Positions 37,590 to 50,490 of a stretch of DNA of 64,000 nt are shown piece after piece; the first letter of the stretch is position 1; every line of letters begins with the position of its first letter. This DNA comes from Camelus ferus (Eukaryota): positions 85,004,001-85,068,000 of the forward strand of contig NC_045696.1 of the NCBI RefSeq assembly GCF_009834535.1, given 5' to 3'. A model generated the notes under the pieces. The model searched no databases. It saw nothing but the letters and a program-made list of their open reading frames with translations, and had not been told where the DNA came from. The position numbers were made by a program, and so were the translations under genes.

Positions 37590-37756
37590 GGGGGGAGGTT
37601 ATAGCTCATGTGGTAGAGCACATGCTTAGCATGCATGAGGTCCTGGTTTCAATCCCCAGTGTCTCCTTCAAAATTAAATAAAGAAATAAATCTAATTACC
37701 TCCCCCCCAAAAAAACCTAAATAAAATCACTCTTCAAAAAATAAAAATAAAATTTT
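37590..37756 (+). mobile_element. tRNA-derived SINE, camelid type (Vic-1-like)
   Basis: GGGGGGAGGTTATAGCTCATGTGGTAGAGCACATGCTTAGCATGCATGAGGTCCTGGTTTCAATCCCCAG with Pol III A/B boxes and an A-rich tail. TSD AATGATCTCATTAT (37574-37587) / AATGATCTCACTAT (37757-37770). Confidence 0.88.
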
Positions 37757-38359
37757 AATGATCTCACTATGGATCAAGTATAATGTTTATAATTACATAA
37801 TAGATAACTGGTCCCAAATATTATATTAAGTGACAACCACTGTATCTTCATCCTTAAAAATGACTAGCTGTGAAAACTTAGTTACAGAATAAAGTTGGAA
37901 AGATTCGGGTGGAGGACTTTTACCATATCCAGGCTTAATTAATGTAACTAGGCAAATATCTGGCTTTATCCTTTCAGGGAGGTCATTTTACTGTTTCCTT
38001 ACCTATTATGTTATAATTTTCCTTTGGAAATAATTAACCGTATTGTTAATAAAAATTGGATCAACTTAAAGATGAAGGTGGGAGAGAAAAATCCTAGATT
38101 CAGATTTGAAGTGAAAAAATAGAGTTAAAGATAAATCTTTGTAAATTTTTTTTTATTCTTTTTGGCCTTCGCATCATTTGTGTTCAATACTCTGCTAAGC
38201 TGAGTTAATTTCTGTTTTGCACTTTGCATTTTATGTGTAAACATTAACGGCTGGTGCCCCAGCTAATCCACATGAGGGTATTTGACCTATTCAAAATGAA
38301 TCAAATGCAATAACATCTCAGTACAAATAGAATAATCTCCCATTGCATTTATAAAATTA

Positions 38360-38635
38360 CACAGAGGTACAAAATTGTAGTTATGTAAGATGAGTAAGTT
38401 TTAGAATCTAATATACAGGGTGGTTAAGTTAATAATATTGTACTGTATGTTGCAAATTTGCTAAGAGTAGATCTCAGATGCTCTCACCCCCCCCAAAAAA
38501 GGGTAGTATGTGAACATATGGATATGTTAATTAGCTTGACTATAGTAGTCATTTCATTTGTATGTGTATATCAAAATATATTGTATACCTTAAGTCTACT
38601 TTGAATTTTATTAGAAAATAAATTTTAAAAGAAAA
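38360..38635 (+). mobile_element. L1MA-type 3' end
   Basis: AATTTGCTAAGAGTAGATCTCAGATGCTCTCACC...GATATGTTAATTAGCTTGA...TATATCAAAA. Confidence 0.85.
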
Positions 38636-38989
38636 TAATAGATATGAAAACATCAAAATACTTATTTAGTATTTAATTTTTCAATTACTTAATTTTTTTA
38701 TAAGTCTTTTGGACAATATTCAAACTCCTACTAACTGTAAGGAATTAAATAGTCCTTCTAAGGTAACTAAGGTAACAAGAGGGTAAGACATGACTGGCAC
38801 CAAAAGCTATTGAGAAGTTGTTGTTCATAAAAACTATTCAGCCACGCAGTGTTTGTGGAGGTCATCTTCCTAGAGGTATAACTGCTTGGTTGTTACAGGC
38901 CTCCTTGTTATTATTGGTAGAACGCCAGACATATCTGTATGACAGTAGAAAATGTAGTAAGTATTATCCATTCCTGGAAATGCACATAT

Positions 38990-39800
38990 ATTTTCTATCT
39001 AGTGTAGGTTTTAACCTGCTCTGGGTTTGGCAGTTACTCTGAGCAAACCACAGCTTCCAGCTCCTCTGATGTTGCCTTGCGGTTACATTGAAGCTGATTT
39101 TCTATAAATTTTTTTCTTCGCATTTTCTCCATACTCAGTTTATGTCTTCTCTTTCACCTGTAACTCAGAGAATGTGTCTCTCCTTGCCCTTCCCCCTCCT
39201 TGACAGTCAACTGCAGTCCTTTTTTAATTTAATTCTGTCTAGCCCTTTGTTGGGAGTGCTGCTCTGTTGTACTGTTCAGAAGCAGTCTTAGTTAGGTCTG
39301 TGTCCCTTTGTCTCATGGATGAGATTTTCTCAGTGATTTCGCTCCTCTTCTCCCAGCAGAAGGTGATTCTTAGTGGTTTATGGCCTTGTCTGGGCTGCAC
39401 TGTGTGACCTGTGACCTGTTGGTGATGAGGTTCAGCACTCTTTCCACAGTGGGTTCAGGCCTTGTTCCACAAGGGAGGTGGGGAGAAGAGGTCTGCATGG
39501 CCTCTGGCTGTCTCTGAAGCAGTTGCTGTCCTCCTCCCTCAGGCCTGAACCACAAAGGAAGCTTTCTCCAGTCTCTGGCTTTGACCCTTATCTATTTTGA
39601 GGGGGCCTATGGAGGTCTGTAGAGAAAAGCTTGAGTACAGGTGTGAGTTCCCCTTGTGGATGCAGCTCATGAAATTCTATAATCTCATACTAGACCCGAG
39701 AGTTGCCAGTTCTGTTTTTGGCAACTGGCAAAATATTTTAGCTGATTTCTTCCAACTGGATTTATTGATATCTTGTATAAATAACCTATCTATACTTTCT
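38990..39800 (-). mobile_element. Old L1 5'-end fragment
   Basis: GC-richer block with GGAAGCTTTCTCCAGTCTC...GGAGGTCTGTAGAGAAAAGC...ATCTCATACTAG...AAAATATTTTAGCTGATTTCTT, resembling an antisense L1M 5' region. Confidence 0.5.
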
Positions 39801-41719
39801 TAAGACTAGAAGAAACTTAAAATTATCTTTTTCCACCTTGTCAATTGATAGATGGGGGCTTTAAATCTCACAATAATAAACTGACTTAACTCTAAGGTGC
39901 AGGTCCAGCTGGAGTTACTTAAGTCCAGTGTTCCTCCATTTTTTCTGTGTTACAGATGTTTCTAACGAAAATGTGTCTGTGTCTTTTTTTTCCTTCTATT
40001 TATATTCCTAGTACCTAGAAATATGCTATGCATGTAGTAGGTGCTCAATTTACTTTTACTTAGTAAGTATTTAATTCTACCAAATATACTTACTCATTAT
40101 TCAATCTCACCCCCCAAAACAAAAATTTATGGAACTCAATGAATAAACTAAAATAAGTTAAAATAAAAAAGGAGAACATACAACAGTTATTATTATCTGG
40201 TTTATGTGCAGAACAAGGCAATTATCTGTATAATGTAATTAAGTATTATTGCTCCCATTCCTAAATCATATGCTAGTATCTCTGTTCTATGAATGGATAT
40301 TCATTTCTTTGTATTAATATATGCCTTTAGAGTTATTAAAATAGAAATATCCCTAGAGAAAAGTGAATCATAAAAATCTGGTTTACACTGATTGGGTTTA
40401 TTGGATCCAGTAGGAAAAAAAAAAAAAACAGCAAGGGCAGTGTGAGAATATTGTTAGTTATTGGGATCAGGGACCAGGGAAATGAAACATGAATGGTCTT
40501 TTATCACATACATAATATATAATTGCAACTTCATGTGATTTTTAATATGAAAAATTTAGCCAAGTCCTTTCTATATTCATCCTTTTCCAAAAGGAAAAAA
40601 AAAAATCTAGTCTTCAGAAATGTTTGGCAACTTGCCCTGGTTACTACATGGAGTAAATGAATGAACTAGAATTCACAGCCCCCTCCCATATCTTGTACTT
40701 TCTTCACTATTCTGAAATGCCTCCTGAGGTAAAGAAGATGGAAATGTAGAAGAGGAAGTACAAAGACTGCATCTGTTCTTTGTCACTGTGCTAGACAGGA
40801 ATTTAGAAAGAAAAAAATAACTAGAGATGAATGAAGATATGAACAAACCTTTATAATGTGTAACTATATATTATAAAGATCTAAGATAATATATAAAGGT
40901 ATATCTTTAGATTCTGACAGGTTGAGAGGTTTTTTATTCTCTTTGGACTAATTTGAAGTAGAACAGTGAAATCAGGTTATCATCACCTTGTTTAACTTTC
41001 TTGATATTCAGGTGTATTTTTAAAGGAAAACTGAAAAATGAGTTTCAATAAACAGGCAGTCTCTTTCATTTTTATATGTTCATTCCTTGCGGCTACAAAA
41101 TATTTAGAGTGGCCATTTATAGGTTTTTAAGGACTTGATCTAGCACAATCTTAAACATGTTCAAATTTTTCTTTCCTTCTGTTTTAAAAAAATACATATT
41201 CATAGAAAAAGAAAAAATTACTTACAAAATGGATTTTTAAAAATATGTCTGACAAAAATAGACCTCTCTCTCTTTTGATCTTCTGAATAAAGCAGCTTTG
41301 CTAATTCCTTTTTTGCATATAAAGGGATGAAGTAGTGAATTGTTAATCATTTTCTTGCACTGTGACTATTAATATTCTTTAATTATCCTGTTAATCAATG
41401 TAAAATGTCACCTGTTACAATATTCATACACTACATCTATGTCATCCATTAGTCCAATTAATTAAAAACTCAAAGTTATTTATTGATTCATAAAATAACT
41501 GGATGCAGTTCATATACCTCTATAAAATTTGCTGAATTAAAATTTTGTATCAGAGCTCTATTTATTTTTCTTTCACCTGCCCACCTTCAAGTCAGAAATT
41601 CCAGATTTTTTGATGCACTTATTCTTTATTTTGCCTTGCTAGTCATCATTTTAAAAAGTGTAATAGTCTTTTACTTTTGAAGTTGGGTAAAATAAGAAAC
41701 AATTATGAACCAAATTCTG

Positions 41720-41910
41720 CTTCTGTGGAACTTGCTTTTTACGGGAAGAAGAAAGACTTCTACAAGAAACAGAGCAAATGAGTAAATTATACAGTGTGTT
41801 AGAAGGTAATAATTTATATGGGAAATACAGAGAAGGTGAGGAGGGAAACAGTGTAAGGAATTTGAATAAGGTGGTCAGGAAAGACCTCATTAAGAAATAG
41901 ACATGGGACC
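41720..41910 (-). mobile_element. LINE-2 fragment
   Basis: TGTGTTAGAAGGTAATAA...AATAAGGTGGTCAGGAAAGACCTCATTAAGAA. Confidence 0.7.
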
Positions 41911-43140
41911 ATAGACTACCACTACCTTCACAGTACTTTGAAAAAATCTACTTTCTTCTCAATTTCCAAATATTCTTTCACTGTCTCTTCCTATCCTTAC
42001 TGAGCATTCCTGGAATATATTTAGGGCATTAGAAAAAAAAAATATATTGGGAGGCTTGATTCACTGCTGCTTTTGTTTAAAGCCTGGCCAGAATCTACAA
42101 GGCAGGGAATTATTATCCCAGTTCAAACTAAAAAAGGAGAAAATATAGCAAAAAAACAAAGTAATATTTCAGTAAATAATTGTAATTCAAAAGATTTTTT
42201 TTCTCTGAAGGAGTTAATGAACACAATGTGAAGATAAGGCATACACATATAAAGTGACAATTACCATTCAATTGTAGAAAGCGTGTAGATTTTAATGCAT
42301 CATTTTGTATGGTAAATGATAGACCAGCAATAAACTGTGAATTATTCTAATTTTATATACTTTTTATTCCAAGCCAGGAAGAAGAAATAATGTGATTTCC
42401 ATCTTTTGGAGGCCTTCAAAGGTTCAATTTTAAAATTGTTGTCAAGCAACTGTTCTTCTCCAGAAATTAGACCAAGCACTTAAATAATTTGAACTTCAGC
42501 TTCTTCAGAATTAACATGAGTAAATCCTACTTTCCCATATTTTACTTGGTATTAAATATAATTTAAAAAGTCATATTTTACTTCTTAAAAGACAGTTCAT
42601 CTCTCCGAATACGTTTGAAAATTTTATTCAAATTTATAAAACTAGTATATTTTATTACTTATAAAATAATACAGTGATTATAATCTCATATAATGTCAAC
42701 TAGCTTCTCTTGCAGTCAGATAAACAGATGTCTTAACTATGATAGTTGATTATCTATTTGCTTCTTAAATTCACCCAGGGAACATTTTTATTTTTGAGAA
42801 ACTAAGAGATAAGTAATTGGATAGCAGCTCTGTTTTCATGCTAATAATTTTCTTGTTACCTGCACATCTTGGACTAGTATGAAACCATATTATATCATTT
42901 AATAGCTGCTTTGCTAAACGAATAAATTTTGCAAGTAAAATTTTATATTTCTAGAATTTGAACAAAACAGGAATTTGGATTGTTTCAATTTTATTTAAAT
43001 AGTCCATCTTTTCTAAAATAGGGTAAATTCATTTAAATAATTTACAGTTATACCTCACTTACGCATCATTAGTACTCTGAAATTTCTTCCAAAGTGTACC
43101 ACAGCTGTACAAACAAGTCAGTCATTAATTGTTTCTATTA

Positions 43141-43620
43141 TGTTGGGGAGAGGGGCAGTATACGAATACTGGAAATCCTCTTTGGGCTTTTCGTTTCCCT
43201 GTGTCTTCCTGAGTGTGCAAGAATACAAAGCCCGCAGCCCGTGACCTATGCCATTTCCCAGAGTTGTGCTTGCAGTGAGCAACCTTGAGGGATGGAGTAT
43301 TATGGGACAAGGAGTAGGTATGCTTATTGCTTAATATAAAAGCATTTGATTCCCCAAGGTCAGTGTTCATCAACTATGAAGAAAACCACTGCAGATGTGG
43401 CATGAATGCTGCATCCATGAGCCACTGGGCTGCTTCGTGTGGACCCCGTGAAACTTGAGGGTGAAGAGAAGTGACACAAATATGCTGATGGTCATGCTGC
43501 TCGCTGTGCTGTAACAGAAGCCTGACCGCTGACTCAGCAGTCTTGTCTTCCGCTCGCATATGTAACAGTTAATGTCCACCTTTTAAGTTGTGCATAGGTG
43601 ATTAAATCCCAGATCCAACA
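43141..43620 (+). mobile_element. Solo LTR (ERVL class; MER54/MER74-like, tentative)
   Basis: 480 bp with 6-bp inverted termini TGTTGG...CCAACA, TATAAAA at 43335, and a GCTGATGGTCATGCTGCTCGCTGTGC motif. Confidence 0.7.
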
Positions 43621-45362
43621 ATGAGCAGTTTATAAATTGCAGAAGACAACTATGAGAAAAACACAGCAAAGCAGATAGAAAATATGGTCCCTTTCCAGGG
43701 TTCATTCGTGTAACACAACTATATTCACAAATACACACAGAGTAAGGAAACTGCCCCAAATACTATTCAACACGAGACATATATCTCTTTAACTTATAGT
43801 CCCACATGGTAGTTTGCCAGATAAAGTTTTAGTGTGATTTTATCTCTTGGGTATATAAACGGCTTTCAGAATCTTTTTCTTTTATAGCATTACCTTTGGG
43901 TGGTAACATTCAGTGCAGTAATACCAAAGTATCTGAGAAATCATTCTGTAGAAAGAAGTCTTTTGGCACTGTGAGCCTATGATAACCTAAATGGTTAATC
44001 AAATATATATTTTCACCTAAAAAAAAAATACAGTGTCCTACTTAGTAGTCAGAAAATAATTTGAAGTCAAGTTCTTCACTTCAAAATAATAACAAGGATA
44101 TGTTGCCAAAATAAATGGAAATGTTCACTTTGGTCTGCTGTTTGATATATCGAAGATAAAATAGCTTATTAGCTAGGAAAGAAAAATTATTTTTACGAAA
44201 GTTTCTGGAGCACTTAATTTCTTCCTAATCCATACTCCTTTAACTATTTTCTTTTGAAGACGCACTGAGCTACTTTAATTGGGAGAAAGCTGATAGAGGC
44301 AGCTGCTTTAAATTCCAACTTTTCTCTCAGCTAAATTAATTTTTGGTATTTACAACCAGGGTCCATAATGTTAGCCACCATGGACTGGCTTTAACATTTT
44401 TATAGTCATTACGGTATTTTCTGTTTCTGTAAATATAGTAAACCCACTTTAAATACTTTACTAGGGACAGAGGGCTCTGTTATAAAATAGGGGAGAATAA
44501 GTCGGAGGAAATAAAAATAAATTAATAAGAATGTTACCTGGCAACTTTAATAGCATGGTAATAATAACATGTGCTGAACCTTCAGTGAATAGTTTTAGTA
44601 AACAGAAACGTAAGCTCTCAAACTTTAAAACCCCAGCACGAGCAAGCAGGCGTCTTCTAGCAAAAGGGGATTTATGCTCTTCAAGCTTGGTCCTGCAGCT
44701 GGAAGACAATGAGCACAAAACTCAGGTGCACAAGAATGTGCTCTTGCTCACTAAAGTTGCTCTTCCAGACAGTGTGCAGCCAGGAAACTTTAATATTGCC
44801 CACATAAATTTCAAGAGGCCTATGAAATCATACTCCACCTGTCTTCCAACTTTGCACGTTTTAGTGCAATTTTCTCTGCTAAATGGTGTATAATAAGGAG
44901 AGAAATAAATTCTGGTATAAGACTAGGTCATTAACGGTAAATAGCACAAGCAGAAATGATAAGCTGGTGAGCTGAGAATCAGAAGCATTTGAAAGCCAAG
45001 TCAGATAGCCTGGAATTTCCAGTCATAGTAGGAGGTTTATCTGTTGGCATTCTAATACCAGAGACAAAAATGCCTCTGGTGTTGAACCAAACCACTTCCG
45101 TTATATCAATTAGAGTATAGAAAAAGCATGTTTAGTATTTGCATGTCGAGCTAGATAGCTTGGGAGAAGTAGGGCCAGGGAGAGAAATGGCAGGACTTTC
45201 ACTAATTAAATAGTAGGTATGAAGAGAAGGTAGCGTGGCAGTAACAATAGAATTTTGGGGGGAATGCCATGTTACTATTTTTAACCGGTTAATATTTTCT
45301 TAACCTCAGGAATAGCTACTCACATTCTGATGGATTTCCATTAACAGTAGAAAGCAGGTGTA

Positions 45363-45420
45363 CACCAGAAACTAATACAATATTGCAAATCAACTATACT
45401 TCAATTTAAAAAAAAGAAGA
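45363..45420 (+). mobile_element. 58-bp extremely 5'-truncated L1 insertion
   Basis: Matches the last ~45 nt of the L1 3' end at ~28995-29040 plus an A tail. Perfect 14-bp TSD AGAAAGCAGGTGTA (45349-45362 / 45421-45434). Confidence 0.93.
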
Positions 45421-46074
45421 AGAAAGCAGGTGTAACGTTGTAGAGTGCCCTTGTCTTTGAGACAAATTCTATGTATGATCATTTGAGTATATCTCAAGAT
45501 ATGCCTAAAGCAATACAGATGTAGTCGATAGTAAAAAGATAAATTCTAAGTTTTTGAGACTACCTTTGCACACTGAGTAATTTCTGCAATTATGACATCA
45601 TTTGGGATATAAGGATATTTTGTGGTGGTGTTTGTAGCCCTTACCACGATTGTAATAAAAATATTTTTGAGGATATGTATATATTCTTAGAGTTTCTGAC
45701 TCTATTACAAAGAGGGTCCCATCAATGTTTGTTAGATAAATGTTGAGTAATGGGTGGGAATAGAATGAAGAAGCAAGTAGGGGGTCCGTGAGTGGAGAGT
45801 GCCGAGCCAGAGAATGAGGAAATCTGCCTCCTGGCCACACCAGCCCTGAGAGCAATCAGTGCTGTGGCATGGAAGGCTGAGTTCTCCTCGGAGTTTTTGC
45901 TTTATGTAATGGCAGGGCATCATCTTTGCATATTTTATACTTTTTGCTAAATTGTATTGCTTCCATTACTTTATTCACTTTGGACATTAGTTCTTTCAAT
46001 TAATGGACAGCTGATTTTTTAATAGAATTCCTATTAGGAATTTAGGAAAAGATTTTGAAGTTTGGTGAATTTCA

Positions 46075-46255
46075 TATAGAGAGTATAGTATCAGTGATTA
46101 ACTTAAGAATATCAGTTCTGAAGCCACATTGTCTGAGGTCAAAAGTCTTTCCGTAATTTCCTGAGTATGTGAATGTGCATGTTAAAATAGCAGCTACCAC
46201 GTAGGATAACACTGGGAAATTATGAGTCAATAAATATAAAGCACTTGGCTATCTC
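46075..46255 (+). mobile_element. MIR SINE
   Basis: GTATAGTATCAGTGATTAA..GTTCTGAAGCCACATTGTCTGAGGTCAAA...TAAATATAAAGCACTT. Confidence 0.55.
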
Positions 46256-46492
46256 TAAAAAGCATGGGAGAAAAAAAGAACTATAGGACTACAGACTGTG
46301 GAAACTTATTATAAACATCACTTACATCTCAGGGAGAAACTTCGTGAGAATTCAAATTTATATTTGGAAATATTTCTTAAAGCTCATAAGCTTTGACATG
46401 TTTAGCCTCACCAGAGATTTCGATACTTAGTACTTCTTCCCCTTAAAATTATTTCATTTGCCTTCCTCAAATAAACATATAGGAAAAAATAC

Positions 46493-46931
46493 TGTATTTG
46501 TTTCCAATTGCTGATGTAGCAAATTACCATGAATGCAGTGGTTTAAAACAACACAAATTTATTCTTTTACAGTCTTGTAGGTCAGTTGTCTGACATGCGC
46601 CTCACTGGACCAGAATCGAAGTTTCATCAAGGAACTTTCCTTGTTTCTTGAATTCTGAAGGCTGCCAGCTGGATCCTAGCCATATCCCCTTAATCTCTGC
46701 TTCCATTATCACATTACCTTTTCCTGTGATTTCCTATGTGAGGATCCTTGAGATTACACCGGGCCCACCTAGATAATGCTCTCATCTCAAAATTCTTAAT
46801 CCCAACACTCAAGATTGTTGTTGTTTTGTTGTTTTTATTTTTGTTTTGTTTTTGCCATGTAAGGTAACACACACAGATTCTGCATATTAGGATATGGACA
46901 TCTTTCTAGGGCAATTATTCAGCCTATTACA
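46493..46931 (-). mobile_element. MLT1D-like MaLR LTR
   Basis: TGTATTTGTTTCCAATTGCTGATGTAGCAAATTACCA..AAAACAACACAAATTTATT...TTTGCCATGTAAGGTAACA...GGACATCTTT..ATTATTCAGCCTATTACA. Confidence 0.85.
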
Positions 46932-48399
46932 AGTATTGAAGGTCAGTTTCATGAGAACAGTTTGGGAGTCACCATTTGATGACCAGGCAAAAAGAGCCTC
47001 CAACGAGGATAAATACTTGTGATGATGCCTGGGAATTTGCTGGGGGCTAGCTGCTTGGGTAAACTGAAGGAAAATATACAATACAATTTCATGAATTGGA
47101 GACCAAGAGTGGCAAACTGTTTATCCTAATTTTCCCATCTGTAGTCTTAGAGTTCCACATTCTGTGGACCTTTATGGAGACATGCCAGAACAAGATTCTT
47201 TGGCCTTCAAATGCCTTTACAGTGGCACTTATCAAAGTTGTTAGTATAGAATCTGCTTATCCTGGCTAACTCACAGAATCTTTCAAAGGGACACAGTATG
47301 CACTGTATTAGTTCAACATCCCCCAGGCATCTGTGCAGGAGAGATTTCTAGAGGGGCTACAAGTAGCATTGCTATGTGTGAGTTATAAATAGCTTAAAAG
47401 ATACCATGCACTCAGCTTATGTAAGGATCTTTTTCAGTTCTTCACAGTTAACTTCACAGCAAAAATAGAAGCATTTTTTCAAACTTGAAAAGTGAGTGTA
47501 AACTTTGTGAAATATAATATGAAATTTAGGAATTGAGGATATATGGACATAGATACAATTTTCGAGAAAAAGAAGTAATTGTAATGTTTGGCAAAGGAAT
47601 TTATTAAATATCAACAAGTAAATGGATTCCCTCAGTACACAAAATATGGGGCTTCTTTCTATAATCACAGAGGGCTGAAATAGTTTCTTATTTATTTGTA
47701 AATTTTAGGGAGAGGGAATCTCCACAGCATAGAACTTCTTAATCAATAATCAGTAGTAATCAGATCTGAAATTGCATAGAGAATCAATGTTTTATCTTGT
47801 GAAGGAGCCATTACTGCAGGATACGTCAGTTTTCAGTTGAAACATGAAGCATGTCATGGCTGCAGCCATTCTAAGAGAATTAACATTTATCATAAAATAA
47901 AAGTACTAAACATAGCTGTGTTTATTTATTCTGGTCATGCATATTTATCTGCCTTTACAATAAAAATTGTTTTCTTCTTCACTTCTCCTAAAGTGAAATA
48001 TTCTGGTAAGCAATATCATAAATCAGATGAAGGTTGGATTCTAAATGAAGAGACTAAACCACCCCTAGAATGGGCTAGAGTAGGAAAATGTAGGAGAAAG
48101 AAATGAGGTCCAGGTTTTGATCCAGTACCGAAGCAGCACCTTGGGTTGGTCAGCTTGGTTGTATAGATGTGACTGATCCCAGCTCTCAAGTGCACTTAAT
48201 AATACCTACCTTGGGTTGAAAGACAAACCAGTGTATATGGGAACATAGCTTTAAATTTTAAGTACTGTATGAATTTTGACAATTAAAACAATCCCCTGAA
48301 AATCACCATCAGAATAATGTCCCTCCTCGACAGTACTTTAAAAGGATGGCTAACTTTAGCACTTCACTTCTCACCCAGTTTTTTTTTGTATAAAACTTC

Positions 48400-48783
48400 T
48401 CTGTTGTCAGTGGTAGCACAGGTGTGGCAGGTAGATTTTAGTATCAATGTCAGGCTCTAAATCTGTATCAAATAAATGATTGTTCTCTTTCTTCAAGGTG
48501 ACCAGGAGGGTGTTTCTGATGCTTCACCCTGTTTGAAGGACCTCATCTAATTAGGGCAGGTCCGCTGAGCATAATCCCTCTTTGGATTGACTCAAAGTCA
48601 ACTAATTGGGAACCTTAATTTCATTTGCAAAACCGCTTCACCCTTGCCATGTAATCTAATCACGGAATTAGCATTCATCATACTCACAGATCCTGCCTAC
48701 ACTCGAGGGGATTGGATTATACCAGCCATGTACACTAGGAGTCTGGGATCTCGGGATTCCATTTTAGAATTCTGGCTACCACA
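48400..48783 (-). mobile_element. MLT1E-like MaLR LTR
   Basis: ACTCAAAGTCAACTAATTGGGAACCTTAATTTCATTTGCAAAA...CATTTTAGAATTCTGGCTACCACA. Confidence 0.8.
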
Positions 48784-49869
48784 ATATGCAAATGCAATAA
48801 CCTTTCAAGCAAAAGTGCCTAACTTTTCTACAAGCACTTCCTTCTCCTGTCCCGATCCCAACCAGATTATCATTCCTAAACTCCCGTCCCCTCAATATAG
48901 AAATTCTGGAGTTGTGACTGTTACTACCATGTTTAACTTCCCTTCACATCAGCATTTCTCAACCTTCTTTTTTTTTTTTTTTATTCACTACTCCTCCCCA
49001 TGGAGCCTTTTTAGACTTCTATTTTTTTCTTATCACTCCACATGAAAATTTAATACTACAAATAATACTTATATAGCCTATGTACTATATGTATATTTGT
49101 GCTTATACATTAAAAAAAAAAGAGAGAGAGAGAGTAAAACTTTCTCTTTTTTTGCTCCTAAAGAACCAGATTGTGTTTCCTTGGGTGTACTGTCACCCCT
49201 ATTGAGAGTGCATTCTTCTTGCTCTTCAGCTCTAAACACAGCACCAATAACAACTGAACACTGCATAACTATTAGAAATGGGTGGATGCATGCATGCTTA
49301 CAGAACAAATCCTGAACTTAGTTAGAGGCTGGCTATAGAATTTGTGTGAACTGTCCTCCTCCTTTGGTACCATTTCTTCTTCTTTGTCACCAAATTTGAA
49401 TTACTTCATTTCTGGCCAATATCTATACTCAGAAATGCACAGAGTCAAGAACTAAAATTTAGAATAGTCAGTGTTTTCAGGTGTTAACAATCTAAGTCAT
49501 GGTTGCATAGAAAGTAGCAACATGAGTGGACAATAATTTGTCATGAGTTTCAATTATTCATAGCCTCCCTTTCTCCCAGGGTGTGGATAATCACTGTGTC
49601 TTCTTTATGTGAAACACTGATTAAAAATAACGACTCAAATAGTGCTTGAAGACACTTGGAACTTTTAATTATAACCCTTATTTTTAATCATTGCTGTCAC
49701 TTTCTTTACTAAATTTCTTGGCATAGATAGTTAACTGCTATAAAAATGTCACATGACATTGTGAACAACACTTGAAGATGAATGAGTGTGTTCATGGAGT
49801 GGACTGGAAGGAGAACACTGGGATGAGTGACAGAGAAAACACTGTTGTCAAGCTGGTAGAGACACCACT

Positions 49870-50130
49870 GTTCCAGTGTTACACTGAGCAACACAATGTA
49901 AGTTCTGTCTCAGGTGTACAGACCTGGGTACAGAGTTTACGGAATGTCCCTAACACAGGGAAACAGGGATGAATCTCTATAAGGCCATCAAGCACAAGGC
50001 CCATCTGTAAAAACAGAATATTATTACCTGTCTCTGGGCTTTATGTACACCTAGTATAATAAATTATTAGTGCAAACAACTTCAGGGAAGGGGAACATGC
50101 AATACATGGCTGTAACAGTTCAGAGTAAAA
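49870..50130 (+). mobile_element. MIR SINE
   Basis: CAGACCTGGGT...CCCATCTGTAAAAACAGAATATTATTACCT. Confidence 0.5.
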
Positions 50131-50309
50131 GTTCCTTGTCTGGTTTGCCGTGAATGCCTTGTTCCCGTGCCACAGTGATCCAAACCCAACATAGAGCATT
50201 CTTTCTTTGGAATTCTTCCTTTCAAGCAACATTCACTGATGACCTACAATGTGGCAGGGACTCTTCAAGGTACTGGGTATGAGTGGTGAATGAAGTGTTT
50301 AGAATCTAG

Positions 50310-50490
50310 TAAAATGCTTCCAAGCCCTTAGTACACATCACCCGGAAAGCTTGTTAAATACAAGATTCCTGAGCCTCACCCCCTGAGATTCTCTTTTAGT
50401 ATGAGAATGAGACCCAAGATTCTCCATCTCTAACAGGCAGCCAGAGCTGATGCAGCTGGTCTGCAAACTGCACTTATATCAGAACTGATC
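50310..50490. mobile_element. MER5A-like hAT DNA transposon
   Basis: ATCACCCGGAAAGCTTGTTAAATACAAGATTCCTGAGCCTCACCCC..GAGATTC...CTGATGCAGCTGGTC. Confidence 0.75.

Noticed and set aside
37590..37670. tRNA gene
   Set aside because: Has A/B boxes but also a SINE tail and TSD, so it is a SINE rather than a tRNA.
48587..49045. 152-aa ORF
   Set aside because: Starts in an MLT1 LTR with a TTG start and runs through a poly-T tract; no homology recognised.
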